Assembly (NCBI GenBank): GCA_964612665.1
Contig: CAZTCI010000001.1
Location: 636,896 to 700,895, forward strand
Origin: an uncultured Planctomycetales bacterium
Lineage (GTDB): Bacteria > Omnitrophota > Gorgyraeia > Zapsychrales > JAHFFX01
Direction of reading: 5' to 3'
DNA length: 64,000 nucleotides
Part shown: positions 15,001 through 27,000 of the stretch, piece by piece
How the letters are laid out: each line of letters starts with the position of its first letter
Position numbering within the stretch: the stretch's first letter is position 1
Made by a program: the position numbers and the translations under genes
The notes under the pieces: generated by a model
What the model was told of the DNA's origin: nothing
The model's database searches: none
What the model saw: only the letters and a program-made list of their open reading frames with translations

Positions 15001-18000
15001 AAGCATAATTTTGTGAACGAAATTCCAGAACGACGCGGGCTGTATCGATCAAATTTTCTGATTCAACATAATTGTTCCCTTTATCATCCGTTTTTAATAA
15101 TCCTTTGGATTGGAACGCTGCACGGAATTGTTGAATAAGATATGCTTCTTCGGCGTTAAGTTTCCTCATATCAGCATTAATGATTCCATTCAAAATCTTA
15201 AAGCGGTAATGCCGCTCAGGGGTACGGTCGACAAATTGTCCCCAAATAGTTGCGTCTTGATAAATTGATCGCAATTTCAATAAGACCCGCTGCTTGTAGA
15301 CCAAGTATTTATCTAAGAAATCTGGTTTCAAAAAGCTGTCTGTTAACTTTTGAGCTTGATCCCGATAAGCTTCTTCCAAAGATGTATATAACTCTGATAA
15401 ATATCGAACAGCCTTATGATAGCTATAATCGCTAAATTGAGATGCAATCATTAAATGATAAACAATCTGATCATGGGCCATGTTCTCAACCACTTTATAA
15501 TTCGATGGACGAGACTCATTAAGAAATCCTTCCATTGCAGAAACAATCTCCATTTTATCTTCAGGGGTTAGATACCAATGATTTTCAAAAATAATTTTAT
15601 TAAAATCGGTAGTTTCATGAGCCCCGCGCAATTCTTCAACCACCGCATTAAATCTTTCTCCTTTTTGTCTTAACAAGGCAAGCGTATTGTCATATTGTGG
15701 TTTATGCGTTATCGCCATATATCCTAACAGAGAAACTTTCTTAGAAATTGGATCAATAGTTCTCTTATCTTTTATCTGCAGAGGATCAAACGAACCGGGT
15801 TGAGCAATAATCTCATAAGAGTATACAAAGGTTTCATCGGTCGTCTGGACATGCGTTGAAGTTCCTTGCAAATGCTCAAACACATCCATCATTGGTTTCT
15901 TCTGGCTAAAGGTATAGAAGGTCGTATACAAGAATTCTCGACCGAGGGCAGATTCGGGAATCACAAACTTATGTGCCTGAGGATTTTCGATGGCCAGGAG
16001 GATTTCATTAATTTCTGCACTGCTTATAACACCCGATTTATATCTTTCAAGAAATATCCGACGGAATTTCTGTTTAACCGTTTCTCCACTAGGTAATGGT
16101 AGACCATATTCTTTTTCAACCTTTAAGAATTCTTTATACCAACGTGTATAGAAGGATTCCCATCTACCTTTTTGCCAGAAAAGAATCCGTGCTATTGTCT
16201 TATTTCTTATTAAGCCTAACCTTATTAAAGAACGCCAGCTGATCAAGCTCCGGCCTGTTCTGCTCCAAGTGTTTACAACAGAAAGAATGTAGCTCTTAAT
16301 TACCACTGCAAAATGATAAATCGACATCAATGTTGGTAAAGCGCTTAATGACCAAATAGCAAACGTAATCCAGAAACCTAATGAACCAAATTGAATAACA
16401 TCGAACTTCCAGAAAAGATAATGTGGTAAAACACCAAAAACGTACAATGACGTTATCGTAAAGACTGATATCCAAAGTACTCTTTCTGAGAAATATCTAA
16501 CCTGGCCGTATAGTAAAACCGGTAAGATAATTGATAACGAAAAGATTGCCATTCCTACTGCTAAGTATGGCTTCACAATACCAATGTATAAGCCTATTCC
16601 GATGCCAAGAACCATCAAGGATATAACGTTGACCAGCCTAATTCCGCTTTCAATTCCCCAGAAGGCCCGCTTTATGAACATAAAGAAAATTCTAGAATAC
16701 ACATGCACAAGACCTCTCCAACCTTCAGTTCTTCTATCAAACCACGCCGCCCATGGAGAATGTTGTGCTGCTAATCTTAGGGTCAATGTTTTAAAGGGAT
16801 TCAAGAATCGTATAATATCAACTTCATTTTCTGCGTTTGCATAAGCTCTTCCACCAATAGCTCTGTATAGTCTTTCCAAGTCTTCGGAAGTACGATCATT
16901 GTTATAAAATGCTTTGCTAAGATCATTGAAATAATCAAAATGCCATTTTACGGCCTCTGATACCTTGGCAAATTTCATATTCTGTTCACCTAAAAATTCA
17001 TCATTTTCCTCTAATGTCTCATGCGTATAATTCTCATAAACAACTGTTAAAAGATTTTCCCATTCATTAAGGCCTTGTTCGTGGTCCATTTCCGACAACA
17101 TACTTATCAAATCATTAAAATCGAGATCTGAAAATATTTCTATTAACCTTTGAAGAGGCTGGAATTCACCTTGATTTTGAGGTTGAGTAATCCACCACAA
17201 TAAGCCTGGCATTCTGCCAAACTTTACAACACCGTCATTAGGGTTCTTATATTTCTCTTCATACCAATCATTGAGCCAGAAAAGATGCGTCCAAATTTCA
17301 GCATGCATCTTAATTCGTTGCATGACTTTTCTCGAAATCTCATCAAAAGCAATTCCCTGTTGTCTACCTTCATTAATGTAGTAGGCAGCCTCGCGTGCAG
17401 CAAAAACCGCTACAGGGAACATGGTCGCAATTCCTCCCATCGAATAGCCTTTTGTTTCAGAAGGCGCAAGCTGAGTAAATCTATGAAGAACAATTTCGAG
17501 CATGGTGGTTGGTTCAACACTTCTTGCAATTGGATAAGGATTAACTTCTACATTATCATTGTTCGAAATTTGCGCTGGTTGGATATACAAGAAGCGATAC
17601 ACTTCACTTACAATACTTTCAAAGAGCCGATCTAAAATTTCTTGATTAATTTGAGCGCCGATCCCCGTATGAACAATTCTCAAAAATTCTTCAAACTGTG
17701 GACGAATTATCTGATTAATTAATACTTCTCCTACAAACTCTCGGAAAGCTGCGCTGTCCCCTGTTTTTTCAATATATTCTTGAGCTAGATCTGCCAGAAA
17801 CTCTTCAGGGTTATTTGTGTTCAGAAGGTTTGTCTGAAGAATAAAGGATAGAATTTTTACTCCAGGTGTGGGCAAGAAATTCCGCACGGCTTCTAACCCG
17901 CCTTCTTGAGTTACAATTCTGGTAAGAAGTTCTCGGTCGGCTGCAGCCAAAACTAAATCTTTAAGCTGGTTCCAGAAATTAGCGCCCTCTGGTTCTTCTA

Positions 18001-21000
18001 TTTGCGGAATAATATTTCTCAAAATGTCATCAGCTGACACAAAACCGTGTTCAATCAAATACTGTACTACCATCGCTTTTGAGTAATGCTGTCTAGATGC
18101 GGCCTCAATTTGCGGTAATATTGGCTGTGAAATTTGAATATCTGGTGCCGGTATCTGATAACGTGGTTCATAATTCTCCTCTTCAAAGACTACTCTATTT
18201 TGAATCGTCAATCGAACAATCACTTCAATCTCTTCGGGAGTTAGTTCGATAAAGTAATTAGTAAGCGCATTTCTCTGTTGTTGTGAATTTAAATGCTTTG
18301 GTAAGACAAAATTGCTAGAAAGTTCTTTATGCATTAGTATTTTATTTGCTAAAACTTCTGCACTAGAACGATTAACTTGTGTACTTAGAATATTGCTTAA
18401 ACGTTCAAACCGCATTTTTACTGAATTGACGTTTCTTGTATGAATAATTACGGAGGCTAAGGTTGGCCTTCTTAATACAAAGGTAGCAAATATATTAACT
18501 AAAGTAATAATAGAGCTCAGGAACGAGAGGCTAAGGATTGATAAAGTCGAAATAAGCCAGAAATTAAAGAAGAAGTAACCATCGTATTCAATCTCAAAAG
18601 GATTACGGAAGAACAATCTTATGTAATCGACATAAATATCTTTAGTCAATGGGAGGCCATTTCTTAAATTCACATTGAATCTATTGGTCTCCGTTGTGTT
18701 CTTGGCCGTCTGAGCAACCATGTCTGCAACTCGGTCGAGGCTAATTCTATCTTTAACAAATTGACCTCCGATAAATAATCCATAAATATATCCTGGGATT
18801 CCATTTCTGAGTTTGTCCGGATTGGTGTAGTCATATACATTCAAACGGACAAAATCTCCCTCCAGAATCGCAAATAATTCATTATTACGAATAACTCGAT
18901 GTACTGGTTTAGTAATTGGTGTTGGCGAGTAGATATCTTCCGAATTGATCAAATATAAGTCACCGTTTTCACGGTAAACATTAGTTGAGAACAGACTGTA
19001 AAGATATTCTTTGGGTTTATTTTCTCCGACAAAAGGATATTGCAAATTACTTTGGACACCGCGCCAGCCTAGAGGAATCCGGGTTAGCCCTAGAGGGAAA
19101 TCCTCACGTGTATAAAGTTTAAATTCTTCTTTAACATAATGTTCGAAAACAATGCCAGTTCTATAATTGAATCCTAAAAAGATATCTCTTCCACCTGTAA
19201 ATTCGACCCCATCACGATATTCATATAAGACCCTATAAATATATTCATTCTCAGCTTTATTGTGTTGTACAAACTCCGTCTCTCTTAAAATACGGCCAAG
19301 TTTATTGGACACTGCGACTTCACCTGAAGCAATACCAACTGGCTGATTCTTTTGTTCGTATTGTATAAACCGAGTAAGACCTCTTGTTTCTTTAACATAG
19401 TAACGTGATAATGGATCATTAGCACCCAAATAACGAGTTTGCATTAAGACTTGTTTAGTCTCATCCTGGTTAACGAGTAAATAGCTGTTGATCTTCGCTA
19501 ACTTTGTTTCATGTAGAAGCGCTATATTTTTATTAATCAACGTCTTTTGGAGATTCTTATCGTATTGTTTAATTAAAGAGTTTGGCTCAACATTAGAATC
19601 TACAGTTTCCTGTTTAAACATGATGCCTAAATAGGAGAACTCATAACCCATTTGAGCATTCTGTCCTTCCCATTTAACGTTAATAACTGCATTTTGTTCA
19701 ACATTGCTTGAAACGAAAATTAAAACGCGGGCCAAAGGATCTTCAGTAATACGGAAGAAGAAGACCGTTCCGTCGTCCTTGGTTTCAGTTCGGGCTTTAA
19801 TGACTTTAATATCTCTTGGCAAGTTAGCAGAAATAGCAATTTCGCGTATGCCTTCAACTAATTTTTCAGTCGCTTTTGCCCGAAGCACATCACCCTGAAT
19901 GAAATTGAGGTCTTCGATGATTTCTTTTACTTCTGGACCATTATCACCAAAATGAATTGAAAATTCTTTCTCATCATAAGCTTCTTTAAAGATGTCTTTA
20001 GATTCATCAAAAATGTAAGTATCTTTTTCTTTTCTTGCTTGGAAAGTCAAACGATCTGCTTTGCCGTCCCCAACTTTGGCCTCTTGAGACAAAACTTCAA
20101 TGAAATAATTGTCAGATAAATTATCTTTATCGATACTAGCCATTAATTCTTGGCCTTCATAGGCACGAGATTTCTTTAAAGTTCCGTTAGGCAGAATTTC
20201 ATCAATAACCGTCCACGCTTCATTGTTGACTTTGGCATTAGTATTAACGGAATATCCGTAAACACCTAAATCAGTTAAAATTGTGTAATAGCCATTAATA
20301 TTACGGAAATAATAAATCGAACTGACTAATTCCTCTCCAGAATAACCTCGAATCTTATTAATTTCTGGTGATAAGCTACCAGCTGCTTTCTTAGTTTTAT
20401 CAATAACAACTACGCGACCATCTACAGTTTCTTCATGACCTGAGATCTGCAGTTTTTCACGACCCAAGACTGGATAGAATCTTAAGCCTTCTTCTCCCGT
20501 CAATGGATTAATACCAAAAACTCGTTCCAAATTACCTAAACGTAATGTCTTATCTGCAACCAGAATAGTTTCTCCTGTCATTTTTTCGTTACTTGACACT
20601 TCAGCTAAACTATGACGTTCGACAATATTAAACTTCTTACCTAAAACTTCCTGAGTACCAACGACTCTTGAAATAGCAATTGGATAAATAGTTAATGAAG
20701 GTTCTTTTTGTTTTCTCAAAAAGTCTTCTAGTTTATAAATACGAGATTCGCTTGGACTTACTAAAAGTTCGGCCTCAGCTTTGGAGAAATCACCTCGCAG
20801 ATAAATGCGCGCTTCAGTTACTTTATCAAAACCTTTGACTTCATATTTAGTCACCTCTTTTATCTTACGATACATATCCCGTGGCAATGTCTTCAATTCA
20901 TCCAAGGTCACATAAAAGCCTTGACCATTCTGAAGTACAACTAAAAAGCGTTCGGATCGGATCGTCTCCATAATTTCCTCACCGCTGGCACCAGGAAGGA

Positions 21001-24000
21001 GTGGATTAGCCTTGCTCAATTCGACATCCGAGGTCAATAATGGTAAGTATCCAATCGGTGGCTCATAGGTAAAGATGATTTCCTCACCATCATCAAATCT
21101 TCGATTATTATTAATGTCTTTAAAGAATGGATAACCTTCACCCGGCTTTTCAATATGGCTATAGTGGATATATTCTCCTTTATAACCACCCATACTTACC
21201 ATTTGGGTAAGAATTTCTTTGGTAGCCGGCTGGTTACGTAAAGCATGCGATTTCTTTGCCAAGGTCAAAGGTCTCGCCACGACAGGCTTGCCATTATATT
21301 TTAATTCGGTCGATTCAAACTGTTTATCATTTTGCATCATAACGACAAAGCCTGCCAAATGAATGTCGACAGGAACTTCGTCATAGAGCATTGATACATT
21401 GTCCGGCAGACCGTTAAAGCCCTTTGAAGTTTCATAGTCAAATAATTTCCATTGATATTTGCCCATCTCTTCAACAATATGGACAAAACCATTGGTAAGA
21501 TTAACCTTTTCTAAAAGAACTTCTTGGGTCAGAGGAACATTACTATTGTCGAAATGGATGGTGCCCAAATCACCGGCTAATTGCTCAGGCTTCAATAGAC
21601 TCAACATATAGTTAAATGCTTCTTTAGTGAAATCTAAAGCACCGCTCACATAAGTGCCATCTGGCAATCTGTACTTAGTGGATTGCCACGCTAAACGCAT
21701 GATTCCCTGTGCGTCTTTCACAGGGACGACACTTAAATTAGTACCTTCTCGTTCAAAGAGCATATCTTCGATCATCTTATTGGTAACTGGTAAGCCACCT
21801 TTTTCCTTGGTACGAAAGACTCCAAGTTTATATTCGGCTTCAATTGTTTTCACTAATTTCTCACCCTTAGTACCGATTTCGAGAACCGCATCAGTAATTT
21901 TTTCGCCATTAGGCATTGTAAATTCTTTCACAATCAAATAGTAATCTTGTGCACTAGTAGGCGTAATGATTCCTGGCTTGAGAATACCAACAATATAGCC
22001 ACGGCTACGATCCACCAAACTCCTCAACATCTCCTCCGTCAAAATATACGTTCCATACTTAGTATGAATCGCGCCGTAGCCGATGAATTTGGAATCTAAC
22101 ACAAGGCCTTCTTGGTTCATCATTTCATAAACAGGGAGATAAAGGGATTGCTTTTCGGCGTCACCCATATAGAGTGCTTTTAAGGCCTTCATGATGACTG
22201 TTGCTTTTGATCCCAGCTCGAGGTCTGTGTTTGCATTGATTTCACCGGTGGGCAATGAGAAGCCCATCGCTGTTTGTAATTTATAATCTTCTTCATTAAG
22301 CGGGTTATCGACTCGAGCAACGCCCGTCATGTTGATATGGCCATTAGCCAAATGCAAAAGTTGATTGCGGAAGATATCGTTAGAAATAAAGACAGTCCCA
22401 TGGTCCGGATAAATCAGACCATTGCCGATAAATTCTTTTGGAATGCTTACGCCCGCTTCAGCGGCTTTCTTCTCGGCTTCAGCTTCGCCAAGATTTAATG
22501 CGCGGATGACTGCGAGCACTTTTGTGGATTGCGCGTGTTCGCCTATTTCGAGCACGGCCCCTTTCTTAACAGTCAGCTTGTCGCTGAGATTAATGTCTTG
22601 GGTTGTCAACAGCATGAATATGATTTTTTCTTCGGGATTATTTGGATCTTTCTTGGCTAATGGTTTACCTTTGAGGTAGATCAATCCTTCCTTAAGATTA
22701 ATAATGCTGCTTAACTGATCTTTTGATAAGAAAAATGACCCTTCGTTGCTGCGGAAAATGGCGCCGCCGAAATATTTCTCATCCATTCTAATATTAAGCG
22801 CCGCTAATTGCTGACGTGCGGCTTCTTCGCCGAAAACAAAGTCAGTGACAGAATCCAAAACTTGTTTTGAATAAGCGCCTACTTCTACTGATTTCACCAT
22901 CTCAGGTGATAATTCAACACCGCCGATTTTTAACTTACGGACTGTGAGAAGTTTGAAGATATCCTTTCCTTCCTTCGTCTTAAGCGGCAAGATTTCACCC
23001 TTGAGATAAATGACTCCGAGATCCAAATCTACAATTTGGGCTAACACAAAGCTGCGTGGTATAAAGAAGCTTCCTTTGTCGCTGTGAACAACGCCTCCGC
23101 CGATGAATTCTTTCGGCAAGCTCATGCCAATTTTCTTATAATCAAATTTAGCTTGGGCCTCTTTGTCGTCCATGTACAGCGCCTTCAACGCATCCAAAAT
23201 CTCAGCCGACTTGCTACCAACTTCATATGTCGAACCCTCAGGCACCTCTGCACCATCGAAGGTGATCGCCTGTGTCGTATAAAGTTTATAAATAGTTTTG
23301 CCATTTTCTTTCATCTCTGAACCGTCCGGGTTCTTAAGCGCCTCGCCTCTCAGATAGATGCCCTGGTTCAAATTGATGAGCTTCGTTCTCACTGCGTCAA
23401 TTGGTGCAAAGAACGCACCTTTCGCCGTATGGAAGATCCCGCCGCCAATAAATCTCTCGTCGATATGGATACCTAACGCCTTGGCTTTCTCAGCGGCTTG
23501 GTCCGGTGACAGAGTCGCGTTGGCTTCGCTCAGACTAAAGATTTGAGCAAACAGGTTACGAACGACTTCGCCTTGGGCGAATGAGGCCGGTTGAGTTTGG
23601 TTGATCGCGAGTGCATTAAGAATTTCTAAGACTTCGCTCACCTCATGTCCTGGCATGAGGACAGCGTGTTCAGGAATTTCAATGTCGCCAACTTTGATCG
23701 CGCGGGTTGTATAAAGCGTATAGATTGGTTTACCTTGCGCGTCATATTTGCCGCTTTCTTCACCAGTAACGAAGATCACCGGAGCATGACTTAAATCAGT
23801 TAATTTTTCTATGAAGGCTTGTTTAGGCAAAAAGATATCACCGATCGAGCTGCTCAACAGCGCCCCGCCGATGAATTGGTCAAACTCCGGCGGCAGGGTG
23901 ATACCGCTTAAAATCTTTTCAGCTTCTTCGCGGCTGGGCAGTTCGAGATCTTTTAGAATGTCGTCGGAGACATTCAGCATCTTTGATTTGATTGAGGAAG

Positions 24001-27000
24001 CGATATCGGCGGTGCGTTTGCCCATTTCAACAATGCCGCCGGCTGGGATGGTCATCTGATCGTCGATCTTAATATCTTCTAATGTCAGAAGCATCGGCTT
24101 CGTCGGGTCTTGGCCAGGGACTTTGACAGTGCGCAATTTGATACGGCCGTTCTTTAAATCCACAATATGGTCTAACAAGCGCTGCGTTGTTAAGAAGAAT
24201 GATCCTTGGCCGCCTTTGGTATCGTGGATATAACCGCTGCCAATCAATTCTTCTGGTATATTCAAGCCAATGGCTTTTTCTTTCTCGAGGTCGCGGTCTT
24301 TAGAATCCATAACAGCGGCATCGATGACAGTAAGGACTTCATCACCTTTCTTCGTCGCCTCAAAGACAGAACCAGCTGGGATCTTTTCGGTATCGCTGTA
24401 AGGAATATCCAAGGCCACGCGCATCTTGAAGAGTTCTTTGCCTTTTTCATTTTGCTTGTGAAGATCATCGCCGAGTAAATTCTTGCGCTGATGGGCCATG
24501 TCCAAAATGCCTGAGCTTAACATCTTCGGCTCGATGACAAACATACCTTCGGTATCGCTGTAGGCGAAGCCAGCGGCGTTGTCTTTCAAGTTCTTCATAA
24601 ACGCTTTGCCTTTATCACCGTAAACGATGTCCGATTTCTCGAGCAGTTTGCCGTCTAATTTCAAATTGACTGCAAAATTACGGTACAACGATTTATCGCC
24701 CAGGTCAGCGCCAATCATCGTACCGGCCAAATGACCGTTACGGCGAAAGGCCAGGTCTGCCAATGTCTTTTCATCTTTGATCTTGAATCGGCCTTCTTTA
24801 GGATTGTTCGCAATCAAGAACGATTCTTTCTGAGCTGCCTTTTCAATTTCTTTCATGATCTTTAAACCTTCGAGACCCAATTCCAACGGCACGTTGTTAA
24901 GTATTTTGCCGTTGTAATTGAAATCTTTAACGACCATGTTGAGTCTGCCTTTGGCTTGAACGGTGCCGAAGCGGCCGGCTTTTCCTTCATCGAGAAGATG
25001 AAGTATTTCTGAGGGCAAAGTGATCGGCTGGGCAAAGCGGATAACGCCAGGGCCGGTCACAAATTTAAGTTCGCGTTCGTTGGCGGCCTTGCTTCCTTCA
25101 ACCACAATCGGATAAGTACTATTAAGCCCGACCTTGGCGGTATCTTCAGGCAAGATGACCATCGTGTTGCCTTTGACATCACTCAATTTCTTTAAGAAGC
25201 TCTTGCCGTTTTCGGTCATCAATCGGATGAAGTAACCGCCGGTGCCGTTATTCGTTTCTGGCATAAAGATGATGCCGGCTTTCTTGAGGTCTTGAGGTTC
25301 GATATGACGAAGGACCTTGACGTATTGTTGAGCGGCCGCAAAGGTCATCTTCTTCGACGGTGTTTTATCAAAGTAGATGCCAAGCCCTAACGAATCCTCA
25401 TCAAACAACGCGGCCATGGATTCTTTAATCGCACTCAAACTCCAGACAACCGTCTGCGGATTGGTGGTCAGTTGTGTTACATCCTGGGTGTAAGTTAAAA
25501 ATTCTTGCGGCAGCGCCGAGCGGAGATATTCGTTTTTGCCGGGCTCGCCGTAAATGCCTAAGAGTTCGCCGAATTTCTTGGTGAAATCGACGGGGATCTT
25601 GATTGCTTCTTTGAGATCCTCAATCTTGCCAAAGCTCTTACTTAATCCAATGCTTGGTCTCGCACCGGCGCTGGTCATTGCGGCTTTAAGATCAATGCCT
25701 GTGCCAAAGATGTCCTTTTTACCTAAAGCCACTAACGCTTGAATGACACCCTGCGGCGTGCGTTCAAATCCGATCTGCACATTTTCCATCGGGCTCACGC
25801 TCACACCGTAAGTCTGTGTACCATTGACAATCTTGTAGAAGGCGCCGATTGATTTGTCTTGGACCTTGTAATTGCCGGCGATACCGATGCGCCCATCGGT
25901 ACCAACCTCGGTTGAGACAAAAACAGGTCCAAGGTTCAAATCGGCGCCTAATGAAGCAAACTGGCTGGATTGAGTTCCGGCGAAATCTTTGACACCGGCA
26001 AGTTCATTGTTGAATGAAAGTTTGAGAGTGAGTCTCTTGTTTTCGAGCGGATTGTTGATCGCGTCAAATTCGAAGCCGAACTTCTGGAAGCTGAAGGCAT
26101 CTTTGCTTAAGACCTTGATGCCCGTCGACGTCATTTGATTGTTTAAGATATCAAAGACTTTGACCTCGGTGCCTTTTTCTTCAGCGCCGGCGAACCCGCC
26201 TTCAACAAACACGCGGCTGCGGCTTTGAGCATCCAAACCAAAGCTTACAAAACCATCAACACCATATTGACGGCTGTCGCCCTGGCCCACGACTTGCTGC
26301 TGCAAGATTCCAGAAACAGCGGCGCGCAAGCGGCCATCGTGATAACCGATCGACGGAATAACGAGAAAATAATAACGTTCGACGGATTTACCGCCGTTTT
26401 CACTATTAGAATTCTGGGCGAAGTAACTGACTTGGCTGCCACCGAAGGCGACTTGACCGAGGAGTTTGTCCATGGATTCCGGCGTAGCGCGGATCGCGAC
26501 GAGACCGAAATGTTCAGACAATCCGCCGGGGATCGAGGCGACAACCGTGCCCCAATGAGCGGAGATCCAATCGTTAAATTCTTTGGCAAACTGGAAGGAA
26601 GATTTGACATCAAGCCCGGCTTTTTCATTCACGAAGGCAAATCCGCCTTGCGCGATATCGATTGTCTTATAATCGCTGACATTGATCAAGAGATCTTGAA
26701 CGCCGGCGCCGCGAATACCGACGGGCTTCCAAACTGGACCAACAGGCATGTATGCTGGAGGCGCGCGGGTCATTTGCGCAAAGTAAACATCCAAGCCATG
26801 CAAGATCTCTTCTTTCATTGGTCCAAGACCGGTGTTGCTTTGAACCAGTTTAAACATCTGCTCGCGTAACGCAGCCACTTCGCGGTTGACTGTCTTTGTC
26901 TGCTGCGGCACTTGCAAGACAATTGTGTTAACGTCTTTTTCCGCTTCATCCGCTTTGTTTTTGGCTTCGCGGATTTGGGTATTGATATCGATTTTCTTGA

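Noticed and set aside
21950-25200. CRISPR array or other non-coding tandem repeat
   Set aside because: Repeat units are 340-420 nt, divergent, in-frame and protein-coding (FIGGG domain repeats). There are no short identical direct repeats with unique spacers, and no cas genes.
26225-26869. 214-aa + strand ORF
   Set aside because: Antisense to verified minus-strand coding sequence ('...GGFAFVNEKAGLDVKSSFQFAKEFNDWIS...'). Composition is not protein-like.
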